Shown here piece by piece: positions 56,488 through 64,000 of a DNA stretch of 64,000 nucleotides. The notes under the pieces were generated by a model, which was not told where the DNA came from, did not search any database, and was given only the letters and a program-made list of their open reading frames with translations. Both the position numbers and the translations under genes were made by a program. Every line of letters begins with the position of its first letter. Position 1 is the first letter of the stretch. The DNA is from an uncultured Actinomycetes bacterium (GTDB taxonomy: Bacteria; Actinomycetota; Thermoleophilia; Gaiellales; JALYLC01), in contig CAVPLI010000002.1 of NCBI GenBank assembly GCA_963705965.1, positions 66,500-130,499 of the forward strand. Direction: 5' to 3'.

Positions 56488-57454
56488 GTGGCGGTAGGCG
56501 ACAGCGGATTCGACGACACGCGCCGCCCCGGGGAACCCCGGGGCGGCGCCGCCGTGCGGCGGCGCAAGCCGACCGGGCGGGCGCCCGGCGAGCCGCGCAA
56601 CGTCGCCTGGCTCTATCTGCTCCCGGGCGTCCTCTTCTTCGGGCTCTTCACGTTGGCGCCGCTCCTGCACTCGGGGTGGCTCTCGTTCTTCGACTGGGAC
56701 GGGCTGACGGACAAGAGGTACGTCGGCCTCGACAACTACACGGACGGCGTTCTCGGACCCCGACGTCCGTGCCGCGTTCGGCCACTCCGCCAAGCTCGTG
56801 ATCTTCTACGCGGTCGTGCCGGTCGTGCTGGGCCTGATCCTGGCCGGCGTCCTGACACGTCATCCCGTGCGCGGCATGACGTTCTTCCGGACGGCGCTCT
56901 TCCTGCCGCAGACCATCGCCGGCGTCGTCGTCGCGCAGGCGTTCGTGTGGTTCTACGCGCTCGAGGGACCGTTCAACCGTTTCCTCACGCTGATCGGCCT
57001 GGGCTCCATCACGCGCGGCTGGCTCGGCGACTTCGACTGGGCCCTGACGTTCGTCGGCACGATCGGGACGTGGGTCACGTTCGGCCTCTGCATGGTCCTG
57101 TTCATCGCCGGCGCCCAGAAGATCTCGACGTCGCTCTACGACGCGGCGCGGGTCGACGGCGCCGGCGCGGTGCGCGAGTTCTTCGCCGTCACGCTCCCGG
57201 GCCTGCGCAACGAGCTGGTCGTCGCGTTCGTGCTGACGACGATCAACGCGCTGCGCAGCTTCGACCTGATCTACAACGCCACGAGCGGCGGCCCGGGCAA
57301 CGAGACGTACGTGCCGGCGCTGCTCGTCTTCCAGAACGCGTTCCGGTACAACAAGGTCGGTTACTCGTGCGCGATCGCGGTGATGCTCGCGATCGTGATC
57401 TTCGCCGTCGCGATCGTCATCAACCGGCTCGCGGAGCGGGGGCAGGACGCGTGA
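56488..57454 (+). pseudogene. carbohydrate ABC transporter permease (MalF/UgpA-like), one +1 frame change
   Basis: ...WLYLLPGVLFFGLFTLAPLLHSGWLSFFDWDGLTDKRYVGLDNYTD|AFSDPDVRAAFGHSAKLVIFY...YDAARVDGAGAVREFFAVTLPGLRN (EAA loop). The junction is at about 56746 and the second part is ORF 56798-57454. Confidence 0.75.
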
Positions 57455-58296
57455 AGTCGTCGCGGTACGAGCGCGTCGTCACGTACTCGGTGCTCATCGG
57501 GTTCACGGTGATGGTGCTCTACCCGATGCTCTCGATCCTGTTCCTCGCGCTGCACAAGAAGACCGATCTCGTCACCGGCTTCGCGTTCCCGATTCACCCG
57601 GACCTGAGCTCGTTCACCGCCGCATGGACGCAGGACGACGGTGCGGGCGGCCCTGGCTTCGACAAGCTGTTCACGAACAGCTTCATCGTCGCGGGCGTCG
57701 TCACGGTGGTCTCGGCGGTGCTCTCGATCGGCACCGGCTACGCCTTCGGCACGATGCGGTTCCGGGGCGACAACGTGATCTTCGCGATCGTGCTGCTCGG
57801 GATCATCTTCCCGTACGAGGCGACGGTCATCCCGCTCTACTACGACTTCCAGCGCTTCGACCTGCTCAACACGTACTGGGCGCTGATCCTGCCGCAGATC
57901 GGCCAGTCGGTCTCGTTCGGGACGTTCTGGATGCGCGCGTTCTTCCGCAGCTCCCCGCGATCGCTGATCGAGGCGGCGCGCATCGACGGCGCGACGAGCT
58001 TCGGCGTCCTGCGGCGCGTCCTGCTTCCGCAGGCGCGGCCGGCGCTCATGACGCTCGGCACGCTCGTGTTCGTCTACACCTGGAACGAGTTCCTGCTCGC
58101 CCTGGTGCTGATCCAGGACCCCGAGAAGCAGACGGCCCCGCTCGGGCTCTCGTACTTCGCCGGCGCCGCCCGCGCAGGCGACCCGACCAAGGTCGCGGCG
58201 GCATCCGTCCTCGTGGCCGCTCCGATCCTCGTCGTCTACGTCTTCCTGCAGCGGCACTTCATCCGCGGCATGCTCGCCGGCGCGGTCAAGGAGTAG
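57451..58296 (+). CDS. carbohydrate ABC transporter permease (MalG/UgpE-like)
   Basis: GTGA overlap with the upstream stop. EAA loop LIEAARIDGATSFGVLRRVLLPQARP. Confidence 0.9.
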   Translation: MKSSRYERVVTYSVLIGFTVMVLYPMLSILFLALHKKTDLVTGFAFPIHPDLSSFTAAWTQDDGAGGPGFDKLFTNSFIVAGVVTVVSAVLSIGTGYAFGTMRFRGDNVIFAIVLLGIIFPYEATVIPLYYDFQRFDLLNTYWALILPQIGQSVSFGTFWMRAFFRSSPRSLIEAARIDGATSFGVLRRVLLPQARPALMTLGTLVFVYTWNEFLLALVLIQDPEKQTAPLGLSYFAGAARAGDPTKVAAASVLVAAPILVVYVFLQRHFIRGMLAGAVKE

Positions 58297-59460
58297 ATGA
58301 CGCGTCCGCCGGGCGTATTCCATTGCTGTGCTAGCGTCGCGGCCGTGAGCGAGGCTGCGATCCGGATCGGCGTGGTGGGGCTGGGAAGCGTCTTCTACGG
58401 CCCCTACATGGGCATGATCGAGCGTCTCGCGACGGCCGGTCGCGCGCATGTCACGGCCGTCTACGACGTCGACGAGGGCAAGCGCCGGGCGGCCGGGCAA
58501 CGGCTCGGCGTCGATCCCGGGCTGACGAGCCCGGAGGCCGTGCTCGAGAGCGACGACGTCGATGTCGTGCTCGTGCTCACGAGCATGCCGGCGCACGGCT
58601 CGCTCGCGAGCGCGGCGCTGCGCGCGGGCAAGCACGTGCTCGTGGAGAAGCCGATGGCGACGTCGCTCGAGGAGGCCGCCGCGCTCATGCAGCTGGGGGC
58701 CGATTCGCCCGGGCATCTCATCTGCGCGCCGCACATCCTGCTCTCGCCGACGTTCCGCGCCGTCTCGGCGCACGTCGAGAACGGCGACATCGGGCAGCTG
58801 CTGCTCGCGCGTGCGCGCTACGGCTGGTCGGGCCCGGACTGGGGCCGCTGGTTCTACGAGCGCGGCGGCGGCGCCCTCTTCGACCTCGGCGTCTACAACG
58901 TGACCTCGCTGTGCGGCCTCTTCGGGCCGGCGCGGCGCGTGACCGCCATGGCGGGCGTCGCGATTCCCGAGCGCGTGGTCGAGGGCGAGACGATGCGCGT
59001 GCAGGCCGAGGACAACGCGCACGTGCTGATCGACTTCGGCGACGCGCGCTTCGCCTCGGTCACCACGGGATTCACGATGCAGAAGTACCGCTCGCCCGCG
59101 ATCGAGCTGTACGGCTCCGAGGGCGTGCTGCAGATGCTCGGCGACGACTGGGCGCCCGAGGGCTACGAGCTGTGGCGCAACAGCGCCGGCTCGTGGGAGC
59201 TGTTCCCCGAGAGCGATCCGGGCTGGCAGTGGACCGAGGGTCTGCGCCACCTCGTCGATTGCATCGAGACGGGCCGCGAGCCGGTCACGCGGCCGGAGCA
59301 CGCGTACCACGCACTCGAGATCATGCTGGCCGCGCAGGCGGCAGCCGCCGACGGGCGTGCGCGGGAGATCGCCAGCGACTTCCCGCGCGCCGACCTCGCG
59401 GCTCTTGCAGACGTCAGGGACGGGCGCCGGGTCCACGACCCGCGCTCGGCGCTCATCTAG
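58297..59460 (+). CDS. Gfo/Idh/MocA-family oxidoreductase
   Basis: IGVVGLGSVF and HVLVEKPMA motifs. GTG 58345 is an alternative start. Confidence 0.85.
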   Translation: MTRPPGVFHCCASVAAVSEAAIRIGVVGLGSVFYGPYMGMIERLATAGRAHVTAVYDVDEGKRRAAGQRLGVDPGLTSPEAVLESDDVDVVLVLTSMPAHGSLASAALRAGKHVLVEKPMATSLEEAAALMQLGADSPGHLICAPHILLSPTFRAVSAHVENGDIGQLLLARARYGWSGPDWGRWFYERGGGALFDLGVYNVTSLCGLFGPARRVTAMAGVAIPERVVEGETMRVQAEDNAHVLIDFGDARFASVTTGFTMQKYRSPAIELYGSEGVLQMLGDDWAPEGYELWRNSAGSWELFPESDPGWQWTEGLRHLVDCIETGREPVTRPEHAYHALEIMLAAQAAAADGRAREIASDFPRADLAALADVRDGRRVHDPRSALI

Positions 59461-59471
59461 GAGGGGTTGGA

Positions 59472-60785
59472 ATGGCACGGATTCGCATGGCATACATCGG
59501 CGGCGGGTCGACCCGCGGCGCCGGGACGATGGCGAGCTTCATCCACCAGGGCGAGAACTTCGACGGCTCCGAGGTCGTGTTGATCGACCTCGATCCGGAG
59601 CGGCTCGACCTCATCCGGCGGCTGTCCGAGCGCATGGCCAAGGCGCGTGGGCTGGACATCAAGATCGAGGCCACGACGGATCGCCGCGCGGGCCTCACCG
59701 ACTGCGACGCGATCCTCTCGAGCTACCGCCCCGGCGGCTTTGCGGCGCGCGTGCTCGACGAGAAGATCCCGCTGAAGCACGGCATCATCGGCCAGGAGAC
59801 GCAGGGGCCGGGCGGATTCTTCATGGCGCTGCGCGCCATCTACGCCATGCAGGGGATCCTCGCCGACGTCGAGGACGTCTGTCCCGACGCGAAGATCTTC
59901 AACTACACGAACCCGGTCAACGTCCTCGCGCAGGCGGTCACGTCGCACTCGGACATCCCGTTCGTCTCGCTCTGCGAGGGCCCGATCTACTTCAGCGACC
60001 AGATCGCCAAGGCCGCCGACCTCGATCGCGACGAGCTCGAGACCGTCATGGTCGGGCTCAACCACGCCTGCTGGAGCGTCAAGCACGAGTACAAGGGCGC
60101 CGACGCGATGCCGCTCGTCGCCGAGGCCTGGGAGCGCCGCAAGGACGATCCCGAGCTCACCGGCGCCCTGCGCCGGCAGTTGCGCATCGCCGCCGAGATG
60201 GACGCGATCCCCGCGGACTACTTCCAGTACTACTACTGCCAGGACGAGGTGCTCGCCGAGCTGCAGGCCAAGCCGACGACGCGCGCCGAGGACATCCTCG
60301 GCTGGTCGACCGGCTACTGGGAGCACTACGCCGAGCAGGCCGAGCGCGACGATCCGCAGCTCGACCCGAAGTTCTCGCGCGGCGGCATCCACGAGCTCGA
60401 GCTCGCGATCGACGCCATGGACGCCGTCTTCAACAAGAAGGACGAGGTGCTCACGGTCAACGTCCCGAACACCGGCGGGATGCTGCCCGGGTTCGACGAG
60501 TCGCTGGTCGTCGAGCTGCTCGGCCGCTGCGGCGGCCCGGACGGCTGGATCCAGCCGCTGCCGGTGCCCGCGCCGCTCCCGCAGCACGTGCGCGGCCTCG
60601 TGCACGAGCTGGGCGAGTACCAGGCGCTCGCGGCCGACGCGGCCTGGGAGGGCACGCGCCGCGACGCCATCCACGCGCTCGCCGCGCACCCGCTGATGAT
60701 CGACCTCGACCGCACCGAGCGCGTCTACGACGAGCTCGCCCACGCGCATCGCGATCACCTGCCCGCGCGCCTCGTGCCCGCCTGA
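59472..60785 (+). CDS. glycoside hydrolase family 4 (NAD/Mn-dependent glycosidase)
   Basis: GGAGGGG RBS. IGGGSTRG start, NYTNPVN, CEGP and GLNH are GH4 signature blocks. Confidence 0.9.
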   Translation: MARIRMAYIGGGSTRGAGTMASFIHQGENFDGSEVVLIDLDPERLDLIRRLSERMAKARGLDIKIEATTDRRAGLTDCDAILSSYRPGGFAARVLDEKIPLKHGIIGQETQGPGGFFMALRAIYAMQGILADVEDVCPDAKIFNYTNPVNVLAQAVTSHSDIPFVSLCEGPIYFSDQIAKAADLDRDELETVMVGLNHACWSVKHEYKGADAMPLVAEAWERRKDDPELTGALRRQLRIAAEMDAIPADYFQYYYCQDEVLAELQAKPTTRAEDILGWSTGYWEHYAEQAERDDPQLDPKFSRGGIHELELAIDAMDAVFNKKDEVLTVNVPNTGGMLPGFDESLVVELLGRCGGPDGWIQPLPVPAPLPQHVRGLVHELGEYQALAADAAWEGTRRDAIHALAAHPLMIDLDRTERVYDELAHAHRDHLPARLVPA

Positions 60786-60791
60786 CGCCAG

Positions 60792-61746
60792 GTGCTCTAC
60801 CTCGGGGTCGACGGCGGCAACACCAAGACGATCGCTCTCGTCAGCGGCGCCGACGGCCGGATCGCCGGGCACGCGCGCACCGGTAACAGCGACGTGTACT
60901 CCGCCGTGGACACCGAGACCGCGGTCGAGGAGATCGTGCGCGGCGCAACGGCGGCGATCGCCGCGGCCGGAGGCGGCGAGGTGGCGTGTGCCTACTACTC
61001 GCTGGCCGGCGCGGACTGGCCCGCGGACTATGCGTTCTACGAGGACGAGCTGTCGCGGCGCATCCCGGCGCGGCGCACCGTCGTGGTGAACGACGCCATC
61101 GGCGCCATCCGCTGCGGGCCGGACGACGGCGTCGGCTGCTCGTTCGTGTGCGGCACGGGCACCGCGCTCGGCGCGCGCGCCGCGGACGGCCGCCTGTGGC
61201 ACGTGAGCTGGCTCGCGGCGCCGTTCTTCACGATCGACCTCACGCGCGCGACGCTCGACGCCGCCGTGCGCAGCGAGCTCGGCCTGATGCCGCCGAGCGT
61301 GCTGCCGGAGCGCGTCGCCGCCGCCTACGGCGCAGCCGATGCGGCCGGCGCCATGGAGCGCGTGACCGGTCGCGGCCCTCGCCCCTCGCGCACCTCGCTC
61401 GGCGGGCTCCTGCTCGACTGCGCGGCCGAGGGCGACGAGCTCGCCCGCGAGCGAATCGGCTGGGTCGCGCGCGAGAACGCCGCGTACCTCCGCGCGGGAG
61501 CACGCGCCTGCGGCCTCGGCGAGCCCACGCCGATCACGCTCGCGGGCGGCGTGATGCGCCACTCCTCGACCGTTCCTCGTCGACGCCTTCGCCGCGGCGC
61601 TGCCCGGCTCCGAGCTGCGCCGCGCGCAGCGGGAGCCGGCACAGGGCGCGTTGCTGGCCGCCCTGGACGAGGGCGGCGCGGCGCCGGTCGCGCTCGACGA
61701 CTCGGCGCTGCCGGAGGATCTTTTCGCCACAGCGCGCGTCGTGTAG
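60792..61746 (+). pseudogene. BadF/BadG/BcrA/BcrD-type ATPase (N-acetylglucosamine-kinase-like), one +1 frame change near the 3' end
   Basis: LGVDGGNTKT phosphate-1 motif. ...ITLAGGVMRHSST|FLVDAFAAALPGSELRRAQREPAQGALLAALDEG...ARVV, stop TAG 61744. The junction is at about 61572. Confidence 0.75.
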
Positions 61747-61877
61747 CGATTGGGTGTCGGGTGCCGGCCACACCCGCGGGTGCCGCCGCTGCCGCGCGGT
61801 TCGGCGGCGCCTGTCGATTCCGCTCCGCTCCGTTCGTCCTCGGTAGTGTCATCACTCCGCGAGCAAGGAGCACCACC

Positions 61878-62225
61878 GTGAAGTACATGCTTCTGATCAA
61901 TGACGATCCGTCGGCCTGGGCCCGGATGAGCGAGGAGCAGGTCAACGCCGTAATGAGCGAGTACTTCGCCTTCTCGGCCGCGATCCGCGAGGAGGGCATC
62001 TTCGTCGCGGGCGACGCCCTCAAGGGTCCCGAGGAGGCGCGTACGGTCCGCGTCCGCGACGGCCAGCGCGTCGTCAAGGACGGCCCGTTCGCCGAGACGA
62101 AGGAACTCGTCGGCGGCTACTACGTCGTCGATTGCGACACGATCGACCAGGCCATCGACGCGGCCGCGCGCATCCCGAGCGCCCGCTTCGGCGCGGTCGA
62201 GGTGCGCCCCGTCGCGCAGATGTGA
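61878..62225 (+). CDS. YciI-family (DGPF-type) protein
   Basis: AAGGAG lies 8 nt upstream of GTG 61878. MLLINDD...DGPFAETKELVGGYYVVDCDTIDQAIDAAARIP. Confidence 0.85.
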   Translation: MKYMLLINDDPSAWARMSEEQVNAVMSEYFAFSAAIREEGIFVAGDALKGPEEARTVRVRDGQRVVKDGPFAETKELVGGYYVVDCDTIDQAIDAAARIPSARFGAVEVRPVAQM

Positions 62226-63463
62226 GCAAGCCGCCACCGCTGCAGCGCGAGGCCATCGGCTGGCTCTACCGGGAGTGGTTCGGCCGGGCCGTCGGTGTCC
62301 TCGCGCGCAGCGTGGGCGACCTGGATCTGGCGGAGGAGTGCGTCCAGGACGCATTCGCGACGGCGCTCGAGCGCTGGCCCCGGGATGGCGTCCCGGACGA
62401 CCCGGGCGCCTGGATCATCCGCGCGGCGCGCAACCGCGCGATCGATCGCCTGCGGCGGCGCCGCATGGCGACGGAGCGGGAGCGCCAGGCCGTCGAGCTC
62501 GAGGCGCTGCGCCGGGCGATCGAGCCCGAGCGCGACTCGACCATCCCCGACGAGCGGCTCGGGCTGATGTTCGCGTGCTGCCACCCGTCGCTCGCGCCCG
62601 AGGCGAGCGTCGCGCTGACGCTGCGCCTCGTCGCCGGCCTCACGGTCGAGGAGATCGCGCGCGCGTTGCTGTCCACGCCGCCGGCGATCTCGCAGCGGCT
62701 CGTGCGCGCCAAGCGCACGCTGCGCGAGGGGCGCGTGAGCGTCGACGTCCCCGCCGACCACGAGCTCCCCGAGCGCCTCGGCTCCGTGCTCGCCGTCGTC
62801 TACCTCGTCTTCAACGAGGGTCACTCCGCGACCGGCGGCGCGCACCCGGTGCGTGCCGACCTGTGCGCCGAGGCGATCCGCCTCGCGCGCGTGCTCGCGC
62901 GGCTCATGCCCGACGAGAGCGAGGCGCGGGGCCTGCTGGCGCTCTGCCTGGCGACCGACGCGCGGCGTGCAGCGCGCTACGACTCCGACGGCAGCTACGT
63001 GTCGCTGGAGGATCACGACCGCTCGCTCTACGACGCCACCGGCGCCGCCGAGGCGGACGAGCTCGTCCGCGGCACGCTCGCGCAAGGCCCCGGCCCCTAC
63101 GCGCTGCAGGCGGCGATCGCGTCGTTGCACACGCTCGCGCCCAGCTTCGCGGAGACCGACTGGGAGCAGATCGCGGCGCTGTACGCGCTGCTGGAGCGCT
63201 CGGATCCATCGCCCGTCGTCGCGCTCAACCGCGCGCTCGCCGTGTCGTTCGCAGACTCGCCGGAAGCGGCCTTGTCGTTGCTCGACGAGCTCGCGGGGCA
63301 GCTCTCGGACTATTCGTCCTTTCACGCGGCGCTCGCCGACGTCCAGCGCCGCCGCGGGGACGTGACGGCAGCGCGCGCCGCCTATGTGCGCGCGCTCGAG
63401 CTGACGGACAATCCGGGCGAGCGCGAGTTCCTCGAGCGGCGCGTCAATCAGCTCGGGGAGTGA
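62222..63463 (+). CDS. ECF-type RNA polymerase sigma factor with extended C-terminal helical domain
   Basis: GTGA overlap with yciI. Sigma-2 region (DLAEECVQDAFATALERWPRDGVPDDPGAWIIRAARNRAIDRLRRR), sigma-4 region (LTVEEIARALLSTPPAISQRLVRAKRTL) and a roughly 230-aa C-terminal extension. Confidence 0.85.
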   Translation: MSKPPPLQREAIGWLYREWFGRAVGVLARSVGDLDLAEECVQDAFATALERWPRDGVPDDPGAWIIRAARNRAIDRLRRRRMATERERQAVELEALRRAIEPERDSTIPDERLGLMFACCHPSLAPEASVALTLRLVAGLTVEEIARALLSTPPAISQRLVRAKRTLREGRVSVDVPADHELPERLGSVLAVVYLVFNEGHSATGGAHPVRADLCAEAIRLARVLARLMPDESEARGLLALCLATDARRAARYDSDGSYVSLEDHDRSLYDATGAAEADELVRGTLAQGPGPYALQAAIASLHTLAPSFAETDWEQIAALYALLERSDPSPVVALNRALAVSFADSPEAALSLLDELAGQLSDYSSFHAALADVQRRRGDVTAARAAYVRALELTDNPGEREFLERRVNQLGE

Positions 63464-63524
63464 CGGCCCACGCACGAGGGAATCGATTGTGCGCATCGCG
63501 CGAGATCCGTAGCATCACCTCTCT

Positions 63525-63545
63525 GCCTCCTCGGAGGGAGGAGGC
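63525..63545 (+). terminator. hairpin after the sigma gene / in the leader of the next gene
   Basis: GCCTCCTC-GGAGG-GAGGAGGC: 8-bp stem, ending 5 nt before the GGGAGGAAG RBS of the next ORF. Confidence 0.35.
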
Positions 63546-63563
63546 GCGACGGGAGGAAGTGAC

Positions 63564-64000
63564 ATGGGGACTTCGGCTGAGCCGAGGCGTACGAGCGGCG
63601 GCGGGAATCTGCCGGCGCTGAGCGGGGTCGTGGCGGTCGTCCTGATCGTCGTCGCGTTCGTCGGACTCGGCGGCGACACGCCGACCAGCGAGGATTCCGG
63701 CGCAACCATCAATGCGTTCTACGACTCGCACTCGGCGCGTGAATTCATCGCGTCGTTCGTGCTCGCGGCGGCGGCACCGTTTCTCGTCATCTTTGCAGTG
63801 AGCCTCGCACTCGCCCTGTGGCCCGCGGGCGGCGGCGGCCGGGCGCTCTGGCAGTTCGTGCTGATCGCGGGCGGCGCGACCGCCGGGTTGGCGTTCGTCA
63901 TCACGGGGATGCTGCTCTTCGCGCTCACCGACGCGGCCGATCAGAGCAGCACCTCGGAGTCCGCGCTGCAGGCGCTCAACGTGCTCTCCTCCGACAGCTG
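63564..64000 (+). CDS. membrane protein (partial, continues beyond the window)
   Basis: GGGAGGAAG RBS then ATG 63564. The manual translation has several hydrophobic helices and no stop before the window end. Confidence 0.6.
   Translation, partial: MGTSAEPRRTSGGGNLPALSGVVAVVLIVVAFVGLGGDTPTSEDSGATINAFYDSHSAREFIASFVLAAAAPFLVIFAVSLALALWPAGGGGRALWQFVLIAGGATAGLAFVITGMLLFALTDAADQSSTSESALQALNVLSSDS

Overview
Very GC-rich bacterial chromosome segment. Gene content and order look Actinomycetota-like, possibly Thermoleophilia or Rubrobacteria; I cannot confirm this without a search. It is ordinary chromosomal context. I see no rRNA, tRNA, CRISPR array, transposase, integrase or prophage genes, and no recognisable defence system or biosynthetic cluster.

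About 62 protein genes are supported:
- Housekeeping: tmk-holB-yaaT, nrdR-nrdJ, typA.
- Envelope functions: O-antigen-ligase-like, GT87-like and LytR_C proteins.
- NHEJ pair: Ku plus a LigD-like protein.
- Two STAS/anti-sigma partner-switching modules.
- A NicX-like pyridine-ring-cleavage operon and an mhq-like dioxygenase/esterase trio.
- A long, translationally coupled sugar-utilisation region: aldolase, hydantoinase-like, NagB-like, two Gfo/Idh/MocA oxidoreductases, a sugar ABC transporter, GH4 and a BadF-type kinase.
- A YciI-ECF sigma pair.

Main second-look items:
1. A small Rdx/SelW-like gene (27598-27858) with an in-frame TGA in a CxxU motif and a SECIS-like hairpin. Default gene callers would truncate it.
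2. About 24 single-nucleotide frame disruptions in 15 genes, mostly +1, including 7 in one yihY-like gene. This means either uncorrected insertion-biased assembly error or real gene decay.
3. A LigD-like protein next to Ku with an intact phosphoesterase domain but a ligase module lacking the catalytic lysine and the OB fold.
4. A 28-bp near-perfect palindrome filling a 50-bp divergent intergenic region.
5. Tandem secreted collagen-like paralogues.
6. A 4 x 21-bp in-frame repeat inside an MFS-like gene.

All calls come from reading the sequence and the ORF track by eye. No database search was run.
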